IMG/VR virus record: IMGVR_UViG_3300009614_000107
Origin: a virus
Taxonomy: Duplodnaviria; Heunggongvirae; Uroviricota; Caudoviricetes
Reading direction: 5' to 3' (one strand)
DNA: 28,484 nucleotides
The notes under the pieces are model-generated. The model was not told the DNA's origin. It made no database searches and worked only from the letters and a program-made list of their open reading frames with translations. The position numbers and the translations under genes are program-made. Of this stretch, positions 1 through 7,472 are shown one piece after another (positions within the stretch are counted from its first letter, which is position 1; each line of letters starts with the position of its first letter).

Positions 1-320
1 TGGGTTTTCTTGACCTCTTCCTCATCCTTGATTCTATAGGAGATTAGACCAGATTTCTTAGATGGTGCTGGCTGTTGGATTGCATCCTTCTTACCTTCCA
101 AAAGCTGTTGTTTCTGGAACTCGAAGAACTCCTTCTTCAGTCTCAACTCTTCCTGTTGAGTCTTGAGTTTTTCCATCTCGATATCGGCCATTGTTTTCTT
201 CACGTGGCGATCTGTTGCCATATCAGCGTGTTTGGCATCAAAGTTTGTGAAGAAGTAATAAATTGCTCCTATGAAAACAATTATGAGAATTGAGCCTACT
301 GCTGTGAGTGAACTGTCCAA
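1..320 (-). CDS. Membrane-anchored coiled-coil protein (3' partial)
   Basis: Manual translation from TTG at 320: MDSSLTAVGSILIIVFIGAIYYFF...EMEKLKTQQEELRLKKEF..., open to the window edge; TATA (tttataaa) at 351-358. Confidence 0.7.
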   Translation of the reverse strand, partial: MDSSLTAVGSILIIVFIGAIYYFFTNFDAKHADMATDRHVKKTMADIEMEKLKTQQEELRLKKEFFEFQKQQLLEGKKDAIQQPAPSKKSGLISYRIKDEEEVKKT

Positions 321-369
321 GACAAGTCAGTAGGAGTATAAGTGTGTTGATTTATAAAACTTATCTATA

Positions 370-1341
370 TCACTGCTGTTGGAGTGGAATTATTGTCTCA
401 AAACGCCTCATTGTATTTCGGATTGAGACAGGTGTAACATTGAAAATGTAGCCAACATCATCCTGTGTGATATTGGTGTTCTGATTGCGGTGTAAGTAAA
501 ATGATGCTGCTGAGACAACAAATGGATTCTTGCCAATCATTTCCCTTTTGACTGCTTCGAGCTTAGTGAAGTCTATGGACTTAGACATAATGTCACGTAT
601 TTCGTCTTGTGGGATTTTCTTCTCTTCTGCATACTTGAGAAGTGCATCCTTCTTAGATGTGATTACCATCTCACACGTGATTTTGCAGGATTGAACCCCA
701 GCTTCCTTGGCATCCTTGACAGCATCGTAGAGGCATCTAATCTGATCGTGTCCATCGACTTTGCTGTATCGAGTATAAACATCTTTGAACTGGAGTGGTG
801 TTTCTGAGTTTGCTGGACACTTAGAGAGCAGATAGATTAGGGCAGCTATGGTAACATGGTATGCTCTTCCACGGAAGTTGGCAAGACCGATCTTCTCACC
901 AATCTCGTGCTTTAGGAACATCTTGTCCGACTCTGAGAAGTCATAGCATATTATATCAACAACATTTGAGATGTTGTCTGTCACGTGCCTAATTCGCTTG
1001 CGCTCTCTGCTCTTTTGGCTGTACTTAGGAAGCCTTGCTTTTTGCCTATCTCTGGTTTCTGTAAGCATTCTTTCTCTAGTTGCACGAAGTTCATCGTATC
1101 GATCAAGAATTGTCTGTCGCATTCCATCTTCAAGTTCTATGATGCACTTACCATTTATGAAATGGATTTTGATGCCTGGAATCTTGTTTACTGCTGTCCT
1201 TCGATGAAGTGTCTTGGACATATATTCTGGATCGTTGCAAACGACCTCATTCATTTTCTTGTTACCACGTACAAACTTTAAGATAATCTCGTCACGTGGT
1301 GTAATTCTCGGTGGTACTACTCCTTTTGGCATATTAGTCAA
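370..1341 (-). CDS. Transcription factor B (TFB/TFIIB)-like protein, two cyclin repeats, no N-terminal Zn ribbon
   Basis: FRGRAYHVTIAALIYLLSK resembles TFB repeat 1 (RGRS...AA.LY); GKNPFVVSAASFY...ITQDDVGYIFNVTPVSIRN resembles repeat 2 and its HTH (GK.P...AAA.Y...TQ.EVA....VTEVTIRN). Confidence 0.8.
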   Translation of the reverse strand: MTNMPKGVVPPRITPRDEIILKFVRGNKKMNEVVCNDPEYMSKTLHRRTAVNKIPGIKIHFINGKCIIELEDGMRQTILDRYDELRATRERMLTETRDRQKARLPKYSQKSRERKRIRHVTDNISNVVDIICYDFSESDKMFLKHEIGEKIGLANFRGRAYHVTIAALIYLLSKCPANSETPLQFKDVYTRYSKVDGHDQIRCLYDAVKDAKEAGVQSCKITCEMVITSKKDALLKYAEEKKIPQDEIRDIMSKSIDFTKLEAVKREMIGKNPFVVSAASFYLHRNQNTNITQDDVGYIFNVTPVSIRNTMRRFETIIPLQQQ

Positions 1342-1379
1342 AAGGAAGTACTACAAAATTAGCTTATAAATATTGTGAA

Positions 1380-2270
1380 TTATTGTTTCTTACTAGTGGT
1401 CTTTCCGAACTGTGTTTTGAGAGTGTCTTTCCAGTCCTTGTTGTCCTGTTCCTTTTTCTTTTTAATACGCTTGTCGATGAGTGTGGTCCAGTTGTACATT
1501 CCATCACGGACATACTTTGGAATCTTGTACTCTTCACGGTATATTTTTGGTGGACCACCATCTATCTCGATTACAGTAGCACCGATGCTTGGTGTGATGT
1601 TTGCTGATTTCTTTGCCATAAATGGAGTAGTATATTGCCAGCAACCATTTAGGATTCCCCAGACACCATTATCATCTTGGACGGAATAGAACCTGTGCTG
1701 GTGGCCACGAATGATAATATCTGGTCCATCAATTTTGTTTTTAGCAGCGTCCTTCTCAGACTGAAGCATTTCACGAATAATGTAGGAAGATGGATTGACA
1801 ATTGATACCGAGCCACCGTGTGTAGCCTGGATTTTTACAGTGCCTCTTCCATTGTTGTTGACATCAAACTCGAAGATATCTCCCATATATTGACCACCCA
1901 TACCTTCGAGAACCCTGCGATCTATGTTTGTCGCTTGACCAAGACCACCGTGATAGCCACTGCCATTCACACCAAAAACTGTGGTCTTGTTTGTAATCAT
2001 CTTGTCAAATAGTTCAATGACCATTTGGACTTGCTCATCTGTGTCTGTGACAAGTGCGTCTACACCTAAGTTTTTGGCTTGTGAACCGTCAGCTAAGTCA
2101 CCCATTGTTAAAATATAATCGGGTCCATTGTGTCGCTTACAAAGGTCAAGCCAGCATACGTGAATCCACTTTAAAAATTCGTTATTCCTGTCACGTGGCA
2201 CGGATGATGGTGATGCTAAACCATAGATTGAGCCAATATGTGTATCGCCAATGGCGATAATTTTTACCAA
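1380..2270 (-). CDS. Calcineurin-like metallophosphoesterase
   Basis: Motifs GDTHIG, MGDLADG, GSGYH (GNH variant), ATHG, RGHQH in canonical order. Confidence 0.85.
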   Translation of the reverse strand: MVKIIAIGDTHIGSIYGLASPSSVPRDRNNEFLKWIHVCWLDLCKRHNGPDYILTMGDLADGSQAKNLGVDALVTDTDEQVQMVIELFDKMITNKTTVFGVNGSGYHGGLGQATNIDRRVLEGMGGQYMGDIFEFDVNNNGRGTVKIQATHGGSVSIVNPSSYIIREMLQSEKDAAKNKIDGPDIIIRGHQHRFYSVQDDNGVWGILNGCWQYTTPFMAKKSANITPSIGATVIEIDGGPPKIYREEYKIPKYVRDGMYNWTTLIDKRIKKKKEQDNKDWKDTLKTQFGKTTSKKQ

Positions 2271-2327
2271 GAGAACATCCCTTTAGCTGGATAGTATTGG
2301 TAATTGGCTTATAAATATTTTCGGATT

Positions 2328-2921
2328 TTACACGAAAATCCACATTAAATATCCGATAAGTTTGGTTGCTAACCAGAGATAAGGCACATTGTAACGAATT
2401 GCTTCTGGGGACCAATCTAATGCTAAGAGTCCTTGAACTAGGAATGCTATGATAAAAATTGTGAGCAGTGCAATGAATGCTGTCACGTGGTTGAACTTCA
2501 TTTTATTTATCTTATTGTGAATGATTAAAAATATTATAGCTATAATAGTAAGAATTTGGAAGCCACTGATTAGATCATTAAAATTTAACCACCATTGCCA
2601 GGTGAAAATATACATATTTCCAATCTTGATTCCATTTGCAAAGTGCCAGATTACTTCATAAAAACAGACTGCACAGAATGAACGAATTGAGACTGCTTCA
2701 ATTCTAAGAATTACATTATTAAATTTACTGGTGAACCAGAGAAGTAGAACCATAATAGATAAAATGAAAAGTGTCATATTGTGGACTTTTGGAGCTCCAA
2801 CAAATAGGAAAGAAGTCTGCTCTATTGCCCAAGGATCTTTGGCTAGTACTACTGCCTGTTCAACAATGAATGGTATTAATAGGATTAGAAGAAACCAGCC
2901 AATGATTTTGTTGGGATTCAC
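2328..2921 (-). CDS. Multi-pass membrane protein
   Basis: 197 aa with about 6 hydrophobic segments; TATA-like tttataa at 2944-2950. Confidence 0.7.
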   Translation of the reverse strand: MNPNKIIGWFLLILLIPFIVEQAVVLAKDPWAIEQTSFLFVGAPKVHNMTLFILSIMVLLLWFTSKFNNVILRIEAVSIRSFCAVCFYEVIWHFANGIKIGNMYIFTWQWWLNFNDLISGFQILTIIAIIFLIIHNKINKMKFNHVTAFIALLTIFIIAFLVQGLLALDWSPEAIRYNVPYLWLATKLIGYLMWIFV

Positions 2922-2959
2922 AATATATAAAGAAAGGGGTGCGTTTATAAGTGTTTGTG

Positions 2960-3105
2960 GCTTTACTGCACTTTACTTAACTGTACTTTACACCACTGTA
3001 CTCCACTGTACTGCACTATACTATTCTGCTTTGCTTTACTTTACTATACTTGACGTAACTTCACAGAACGATACTACACTCAACTTCACTAAACTTCTCT
3101 GCTTT
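2960..3105 (-). ncRNA. Two tandem 73-bp pentamer-repeat guide-like RNA units (putative VIPR-like guides A and B)
   Basis: Each unit on the minus strand is AAAGCAGA-(NN-AGT)x12-AAAGC (A 2960-3032, B 3033-3105). The array starts within the stop codon of the RAMP gene. Confidence 0.8.
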
Positions 3106-3670
3106 AAGACTTCTTTTTAACTGGCTCGAATTTGGCAACCTCAAACCTACCGTATTTTGGGCGATAAGTTCCGATGCCCTTCTCCTTGCCAGCTATCTCA
3201 AGAAGTTCCTTCAATGTTTCACCCTCTATCAAACTTTCGTCTGCTACTCTAAGGATGAAATCGAACTCCCAATCATTCCAAATTGGTCGAGCAATCGGTA
3301 CTCGGCCACGAGTTGCAGGAATTACTCCAAGACGAACATCCGTCTGGAAATCCTTCCCATTTTTGAACGGGATCTCGATTGGGAGAACTACAACGTTGGT
3401 TTTCATCATATCCTTGTAGGTTTTCTTTCCTCTGCCTGGGATAGTTTTGGAACTGCCAACATTGATCAGTGCGCCTTCGATATGATCTGAAGGCTGGTAA
3501 ATATCTCCTTTTACATTTTTATAGAGGCACTTTTGAACCTCTTCTGCTGGGTCAAAAACAGAACCACGAACCTTCTTTTTTGTGATGCTTAAAGCATCAA
3601 GAGGGTATCGGTTGTGCATAAGGGGAACGACTCCCCTTATCTTTACTGCATAGTCTAACAAATTATACAC
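3104..3670 (-). CDS. Stand-alone RAMP/Cas7-like protein (putative Vipr-like guide-binding effector)
   Basis: N-terminal strand VKIRGVVPLMH, central IYQPSDHIEGAL (cf. RAMP PYIPGSSLKGAL), C-terminal Gly-rich loop GIGTYRPKYGRF; flanked on both sides by pentamer arrays; no other cas genes in the window. Confidence 0.75.
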   Translation of the reverse strand: MYNLLDYAVKIRGVVPLMHNRYPLDALSITKKKVRGSVFDPAEEVQKCLYKNVKGDIYQPSDHIEGALINVGSSKTIPGRGKKTYKDMMKTNVVVLPIEIPFKNGKDFQTDVRLGVIPATRGRVPIARPIWNDWEFDFILRVADESLIEGETLKELLEIAGKEKGIGTYRPKYGRFEVAKFEPVKKKS

Positions 3671-3697
3671 CTATGTAGTGAGTACATAGATTTAGAA

Positions 3698-3709
3698 TTT
3701 ATAAATATT
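3698..3709 (-). promoter_or_regulatory. AATATTTATAAA promoter of the RAMP gene and guide A/B transcript
   Basis: Exact motif 28 nt upstream of the GTG start. Confidence 0.75.
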
Positions 3710-3720
3710 AGCGAAAATTT

Positions 3721-3822
3721 GGTGGCTTCAAGTTTTGTTCAGCCACCCTTTACTTAACTTTACTTTACAGGACTTTACTCTACTCGACATTACTTAACAG
3801 CACATTACTATACTTGAGCAAG
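3721..3822 (-). ncRNA. Stand-alone pentamer-repeat guide-like RNA C with own promoter and 3' hairpin
   Basis: Minus strand TTGCT-(NN-WGT)x13 (pentamers 3752-3816)-AAAGG, then stem GGTGGCT/AGCCACC (3721-3727 and 3741-3747); promoter AATATTTATAAA at 3844-3855. 5' end estimated. Confidence 0.8.
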
Positions 3823-3843
3823 ATATGTTTTTCTTTTAACTTG

Positions 3844-3855
3844 TTTATAAATATT
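3844..3855 (-). promoter_or_regulatory. AATATTTATAAA promoter of guide-like RNA C
   Basis: Same motif about 23 nt upstream of the TTGCT leader, with no ORF following. Confidence 0.75.
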
Positions 3856-3928
3856 ATGATTTAAAAACTAACTAAGATGGGCTTTGCTTGATTGTGGTTA
3901 CAGAAAAACTGGAACCTATAGCGTTAGG

Positions 3929-4015
3929 CTACTTTTTCGCCTTTCGCCTATTATACGACTTGACATGAACGACCTTATTTTTTTGGTGTCGTGTGTACGA
4001 TTTTACGTGTGGCAT
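3929..4015 (-). CDS. 28-aa basic peptide, putative virion DNA-binding protein (missed by ORF track)
   Basis: MPHVKSYTRHQKNKVVHVKSYNRRKAKK*; internal HVKSY repeat; same AGGAGGGTAG RBS (4023-4032) as the capsid-like genes. Confidence 0.75.
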   Translation of the reverse strand: MPHVKSYTRHQKNKVVHVKSYNRRKAKK

Positions 4016-4064
4016 TTATTTTCTACCCTCCTTTACTAGCTGTCAGTCTAAATTAGAAACTTGT

Positions 4065-4080
4065 GGGGGATTTCTCCCCC
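4065..4080 (-). terminator. GC-rich hairpin downstream of capsid-like gene
   Basis: GGGGGA-TTTC-TCCCCC inverted repeat; role as terminator or processing site is inferred. Confidence 0.35.
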
Positions 4081-4100
4081 CGTCAGGCTATCTTTCAAGA

Positions 4101-4307
4101 TTAAATCTTGTCAGATGACCTTGCAGCAACTGATATACCTACAAGTAAAGCTATAAGTACCAATATGCTGGCCATTACGTTGGCAGCCGATGTGAGGTTA
4201 GTTGAAGCAGCAGCCATAAATCCTAATGTAGCGATTAGAAGTACTACAGCTATAGCTACGACATATCCCAATATTGGTCGAGTTGTATCGAGCAGACCTT
4301 CTCCCAT
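4101..4307 (-). CDS. Putative major capsid protein of spindle-shaped virus type, copy 2
   Basis: 68 aa, two long hydrophobic helices joined by a short polar loop with an NLT sequon; RBS AGGAGGGTAG at 4315-4324. Confidence 0.65.
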   Translation of the reverse strand: MGEGLLDTTRPILGYVVAIAVVLLIATLGFMAAASTNLTSAANVMASILVLIALLVGISVAARSSDKI

Positions 4308-4410
4308 TTTTTAACTACCCTCCTAACGACTGTAAGGTGATGCGTTGTTGCCTCACCTGGGAACGATGTCTGGAGTTCTTCACTCCAGAGAGATTAATGG
4401 CTTGACAGGC

Positions 4411-4617
4411 TTAAACCTTGTCTGCGCTGCGTGCAGCGACAGAGATCCCTATGAGTAGGGCAATCAATACCAAGATGCTCGCCATTACGTTGGCAGCAGA
4501 GGTAAGGTTTGCACTTGTTGCAGCCATAAAGCCTAGGGTAGCGATTAGCAGTACCACGGCAATTGCCACAACATAACCCAATATGGGACGTGTAGTGTCA
4601 AGTAGACCTTCACCCAA
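4411..4617 (-). CDS. Putative major capsid protein of spindle-shaped virus type, copy 1
   Basis: 63/68 aa identical to 4101-4307; TTG start; RBS AGGAGGGTAG at 4625-4634; TTTATAT box near 4698-4704. Confidence 0.65.
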   Translation of the reverse strand: MGEGLLDTTRPILGYVVAIAVVLLIATLGFMAATSANLTSAANVMASILVLIALLIGISVAARSADKV

Positions 4618-4763
4618 AACTATTCTACCCTCCTAACAGGCTGAGATGATAGGGGCATCACTTTTGATAGCTCCAAGCGTAGAATATGCGCTTTGAAATA
4701 TAAACTTATCCACTTTGATTCGAGCTGATCTCGTTTCTAAATGCTCACACTATAAAAAAAGAG

Positions 4764-4886
4764 CTAATTCTTACGATTAACAACATCAGCAAATCTCTGT
4801 CGATGTGCTCCCAATAGTTGTGAGCAGGGATACTTGTTACACTTCTGTTTCTTACAGTACTCTCCATAGAAATCCGATGAGGACAT
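4764..4886 (-). CDS. Small hypothetical protein (40 aa)
   Basis: Manual ORF MSSSDFYGEYCKKQKCNKYPC..., starts right after the stop of the upstream ORF. Confidence 0.4.
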   Translation of the reverse strand: MSSSDFYGEYCKKQKCNKYPCSQLLGAHRQRFADVVNRKN

Positions 4887-4887
4887 A

Positions 4888-5058
4888 TTACACTTCATCT
4901 CGTTCAACCTTCTTAGCAACTGTTTTCTGACCGTCTACATTCTTGGCGTGTTTTCTCCAGCACTCCATACAACATTCACCAACATCTGGAATGTAGATTG
5001 AAAAAACATTTAGTGGTTTATGGCATTGAGCACATTCATTCTTCGTCTTTTTCATCAT
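4888..5058 (-). CDS. Small Zn-finger-like protein (56 aa)
   Basis: Manual ORF MMKKTKNECAQCHKP...CCMECWRKH; two CxxC motifs. Confidence 0.6.
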   Translation of the reverse strand: MMKKTKNECAQCHKPLNVFSIYIPDVGECCMECWRKHAKNVDGQKTVAKKVERDEV

Positions 5059-5248
5059 CTTCTATTACACCGTATTCTTTTGCTATTGGACACTTACTAC
5101 AGTCTGCTTCTGGTGCTAAAACATTGCCCAATCTATCCCAAAATGGGACACATTCACAGGGATACCTTGAATTATCAAATTTTAATGAACAGATTGGGGT
5201 CATCCACTTGAACTCATCTTTTTTTACATTGCTATGTTTTCGAACCAA
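5036..5248 (-). CDS. Small Cys-rich hypothetical protein
   Basis: ORF track; tiles with neighbours. Confidence 0.55.
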   Translation of the reverse strand: MVRKHSNVKKDEFKWMTPICSLKFDNSRYPCECVPFWDRLGNVLAPEADCSKCPIAKEYGVIEDDEKDEE

Positions 5249-5253
5249 GTGTG

Positions 5254-5541
5254 TTACTCCCTATAATCATCATATATCTCTAGGCTATTATCTTTGGCAT
5301 TAACTATGATTTCTCCGAACTTTTTGGAGAGTTCAAGCAACTCCTGGAGATTACGAATCTCGATGTAGAGTTCCCACCAGTACATTTTCTCTCTTATACC
5401 TTCGTTATTGAGTATTAAATCTGACCTTCCATCATTGTCAATGAATACATAAAATCCATTGTATTGTGAGAGATCCCAGTCTGGTTTTATCGGGGACCAC
5501 GTTCCACCCCAACTTGACGTTCTATAAATTCTGAATTTCAT
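5254..5541 (-). CDS. Hypothetical viral protein
   Basis: ORF track; ends ...LEIYDDYRE; tiles with neighbours. Confidence 0.7.
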   Translation of the reverse strand: MKFRIYRTSSWGGTWSPIKPDWDLSQYNGFYVFIDNDGRSDLILNNEGIREKMYWWELYIEIRNLQELLELSKKFGEIIVNAKDNSLEIYDDYRE

Positions 5542-5547
5542 TATGTA

Positions 5548-5841
5548 TCAATCCTTAGTTTGACCAAATGTCTTTTCTTTGTATTCTAATATATATTTGA
5601 GAAAGTCGGGTGTACCCTCACCAGCAATAACATATCGCCTCTCCCAACGGTTATCGTTGTCCTTGTTCTGCACCCAATTACCACGAATCATACCAAGGAT
5701 TTCTAACTCACCAAGTGCTTTAGCGATATGTTGTTTTGGCTGAGTGGGAAATTCTAATGCTAGTTTAGACAAAGTGAAGCCATTCTCCTTGTCTGTGTTA
5801 ATCTTCAAAAGAACATCATATTCAAACTTCATTATAATCAC
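5548..5841 (-). CDS. Winged-HTH-like protein
   Basis: TLSKLA...IAKALGELEILGMI followed by a beta-hairpin (RWERRYVI). Confidence 0.55.
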   Translation of the reverse strand: MIIMKFEYDVLLKINTDKENGFTLSKLALEFPTQPKQHIAKALGELEILGMIRGNWVQNKDNDNRWERRYVIAGEGTPDFLKYILEYKEKTFGQTKD

Positions 5842-6215
5842 CTATTAGATATCACCCAAGTCCCGTTTTCTGTGTTTATGTGGTAGTCGGGATCCCACAC
5901 GTATGCCACGTTGCTGTTTTCCCTGATTATGTAGAACGAGAGGTTGTAGTAGTACACTTTCCCATCGGAGAAGTGGGTGCGGAATTCACCAAGGGTTGCA
6001 ATCTTTACGGTGACTGTCGGTGCTTTAACGTAGGCATCGACTGCACCGAGTTCCTTGGAAAGGGACTTCATCGTTTCTACCCGTATGTCCCAGTACCTGT
6101 CCCAGTTCTCTTGGCTAGTCTTAAACTGGTAAGCGAAGAACACCACGACAGCGAATATGGCGCATATGGCTAGAATGGAGAATATGAACTTCGTGTTGTT
6201 TTCGTTTTTAGACAT
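5838..6215 (-). CDS. Membrane-anchored hypothetical protein
   Basis: N-terminal TM helix; NLS and NGT sequons. Confidence 0.7.
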   Translation of the reverse strand: MSKNENNTKFIFSILAICAIFAVVVFFAYQFKTSQENWDRYWDIRVETMKSLSKELGAVDAYVKAPTVTVKIATLGEFRTHFSDGKVYYYNLSFYIIRENSNVAYVWDPDYHINTENGTWVISNR

Positions 6216-6249
6216 CAGATCACCAGTCTACATATATCTTCAAAATTCA

Positions 6250-6516
6250 TTATGGACCACCATACTTCAAACTTTCGTAGAATGAATATGCTACATTTAT
6301 TGTTATAATTATAACAGCCACTAATATTAATCCCCAGAATGCAAAGTCCCAGAAACTTGGCATAACATTTGGTGGAACAGCATCTATATTAGATAAAAAT
6401 GCCTGTGGATACAGGTAAGCGTGAATGCTCATAATTCCAAGAATTACCAGCATAGCTAGAAGTGGCAGTGGATTTGGGGGCAAGTTGCCTCTGTGTTTGG
6501 TGATTTTAAATCTCAT
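6250..6516 (-). CDS. Two-TM membrane protein
   Basis: Two hydrophobic segments; ATGA overlap with upstream gene. Confidence 0.65.
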   Translation of the reverse strand: MRFKITKHRGNLPPNPLPLLAMLVILGIMSIHAYLYPQAFLSNIDAVPPNVMPSFWDFAFWGLILVAVIIITINVAYSFYESLKYGGP

Positions 6517-7199
6517 TTCTGGTCAACAACATTTAGCTTGACATAATCCCAATTCCAATAGGTGACATTGAATGTTGTGCCACCAAAACTGAACTCATAG
6601 TTCAATGGTAGCATAGCATTTGATGGAAGATCGTGTGTAAGTGTGAAAAATAGCCAGTTGCCTTTATTATCATTCAGATGAATGTCTTGACCAGTGTAAC
6701 TAAGTGTGATATCTTTATATTGTGTCTGTTCGAGTCCTCTGCCTAGAACTATGGTTGTAATCTCGACTGGTTGGATATCTGGGACTTTGACTACAATAAG
6801 GGCAACATAATCTGAGTTCCAGGCTCTAACCTTGAAAACGTATCCACAGAACGTGACGTTTGTAATGGGTGTTGAGACAGGATCGATTGGGTTACGTATT
6901 GCCTCATCGTGATCACCACAATATAGATACAGGTATTTTCCTTCATATTTCATATAGACGGTTCTGTATCGAACCATACCCATATCTCGACCAAGCATTA
7001 TGTCAGACTCTGTAACTATGTTCTGCCTTGAGGTGATTTCTGTGCTCTGTGGGGGAACAAGTTCCCATCCAGTGGAGAACGAAACTGCTGGGATGTAGAC
7101 TTTTGTTGGATTGACTGGGAATTGTGTACCAAGTAAGAACGAACCAACCATAACTATGGAAATTCCAATAACCAGAAGGACACGTTCTGCGCCATTCAT
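6513..7199 (-). CDS. Membrane-anchored beta-rich surface protein with internal duplication
   Basis: N-terminal TM; repeated motif NVTFCGYVFKVRAWNSDYVALIVV / EFSFGGTTFNVTYWNWDYVKLNVV; promoter at 7229-7240. Confidence 0.7.
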   Translation of the reverse strand: MNGAERVLLVIGISIVMVGSFLLGTQFPVNPTKVYIPAVSFSTGWELVPPQSTEITSRQNIVTESDIMLGRDMGMVRYRTVYMKYEGKYLYLYCGDHDEAIRNPIDPVSTPITNVTFCGYVFKVRAWNSDYVALIVVKVPDIQPVEITTIVLGRGLEQTQYKDITLSYTGQDIHLNDNKGNWLFFTLTHDLPSNAMLPLNYEFSFGGTTFNVTYWNWDYVKLNVVDQK

Positions 7200-7244
7200 T
7201 CTTATCCCTGAATTAATAGGTGCGATTATTTATAAATATTCTGA

Positions 7245-7472
7245 TTAAGGACGTTTTGGAATCTCCTTCCCTGTGATTATGTAGTTTATCAACTCTGCCT
7301 TGTCTCTGGCCGTAGTGAGTTGAAATACATAACCTAAATCCATAGAGAATGGAAGTTCATCCATTTCTCTTACAAGTTCGTTGAACATAAACTCTGCTCT
7401 TTGGACAATTTGATCCTTCGAGCCATAGTTGCTTTTTACCATCTTTTCTGCAAATGCTTGTTTGCTTTTCAT
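7245..7472 (-). CDS. Hypothetical protein
   Basis: ORF track; abuts upstream gene. Confidence 0.65.
   Translation of the reverse strand: MKSKQAFAEKMVKSNYGSKDQIVQRAEFMFNELVREMDELPFSMDLGYVFQLTTARDKAELINYIITGKEIPKRP

Noticed and set aside
2960-3105. CRISPR array or simple microsatellite
   Set aside because: No 25-45 bp direct repeats with unique spacers. Variation is confined to 2 of every 5 positions with fixed unit ends, unlike slippage-derived satellites.
2731-3120. 129-aa plus-strand ORF across the pentamer array
   Set aside because: Antisense to two real genes; its T/L/Y-rich sequence is a by-product of the ACTNN repeat.
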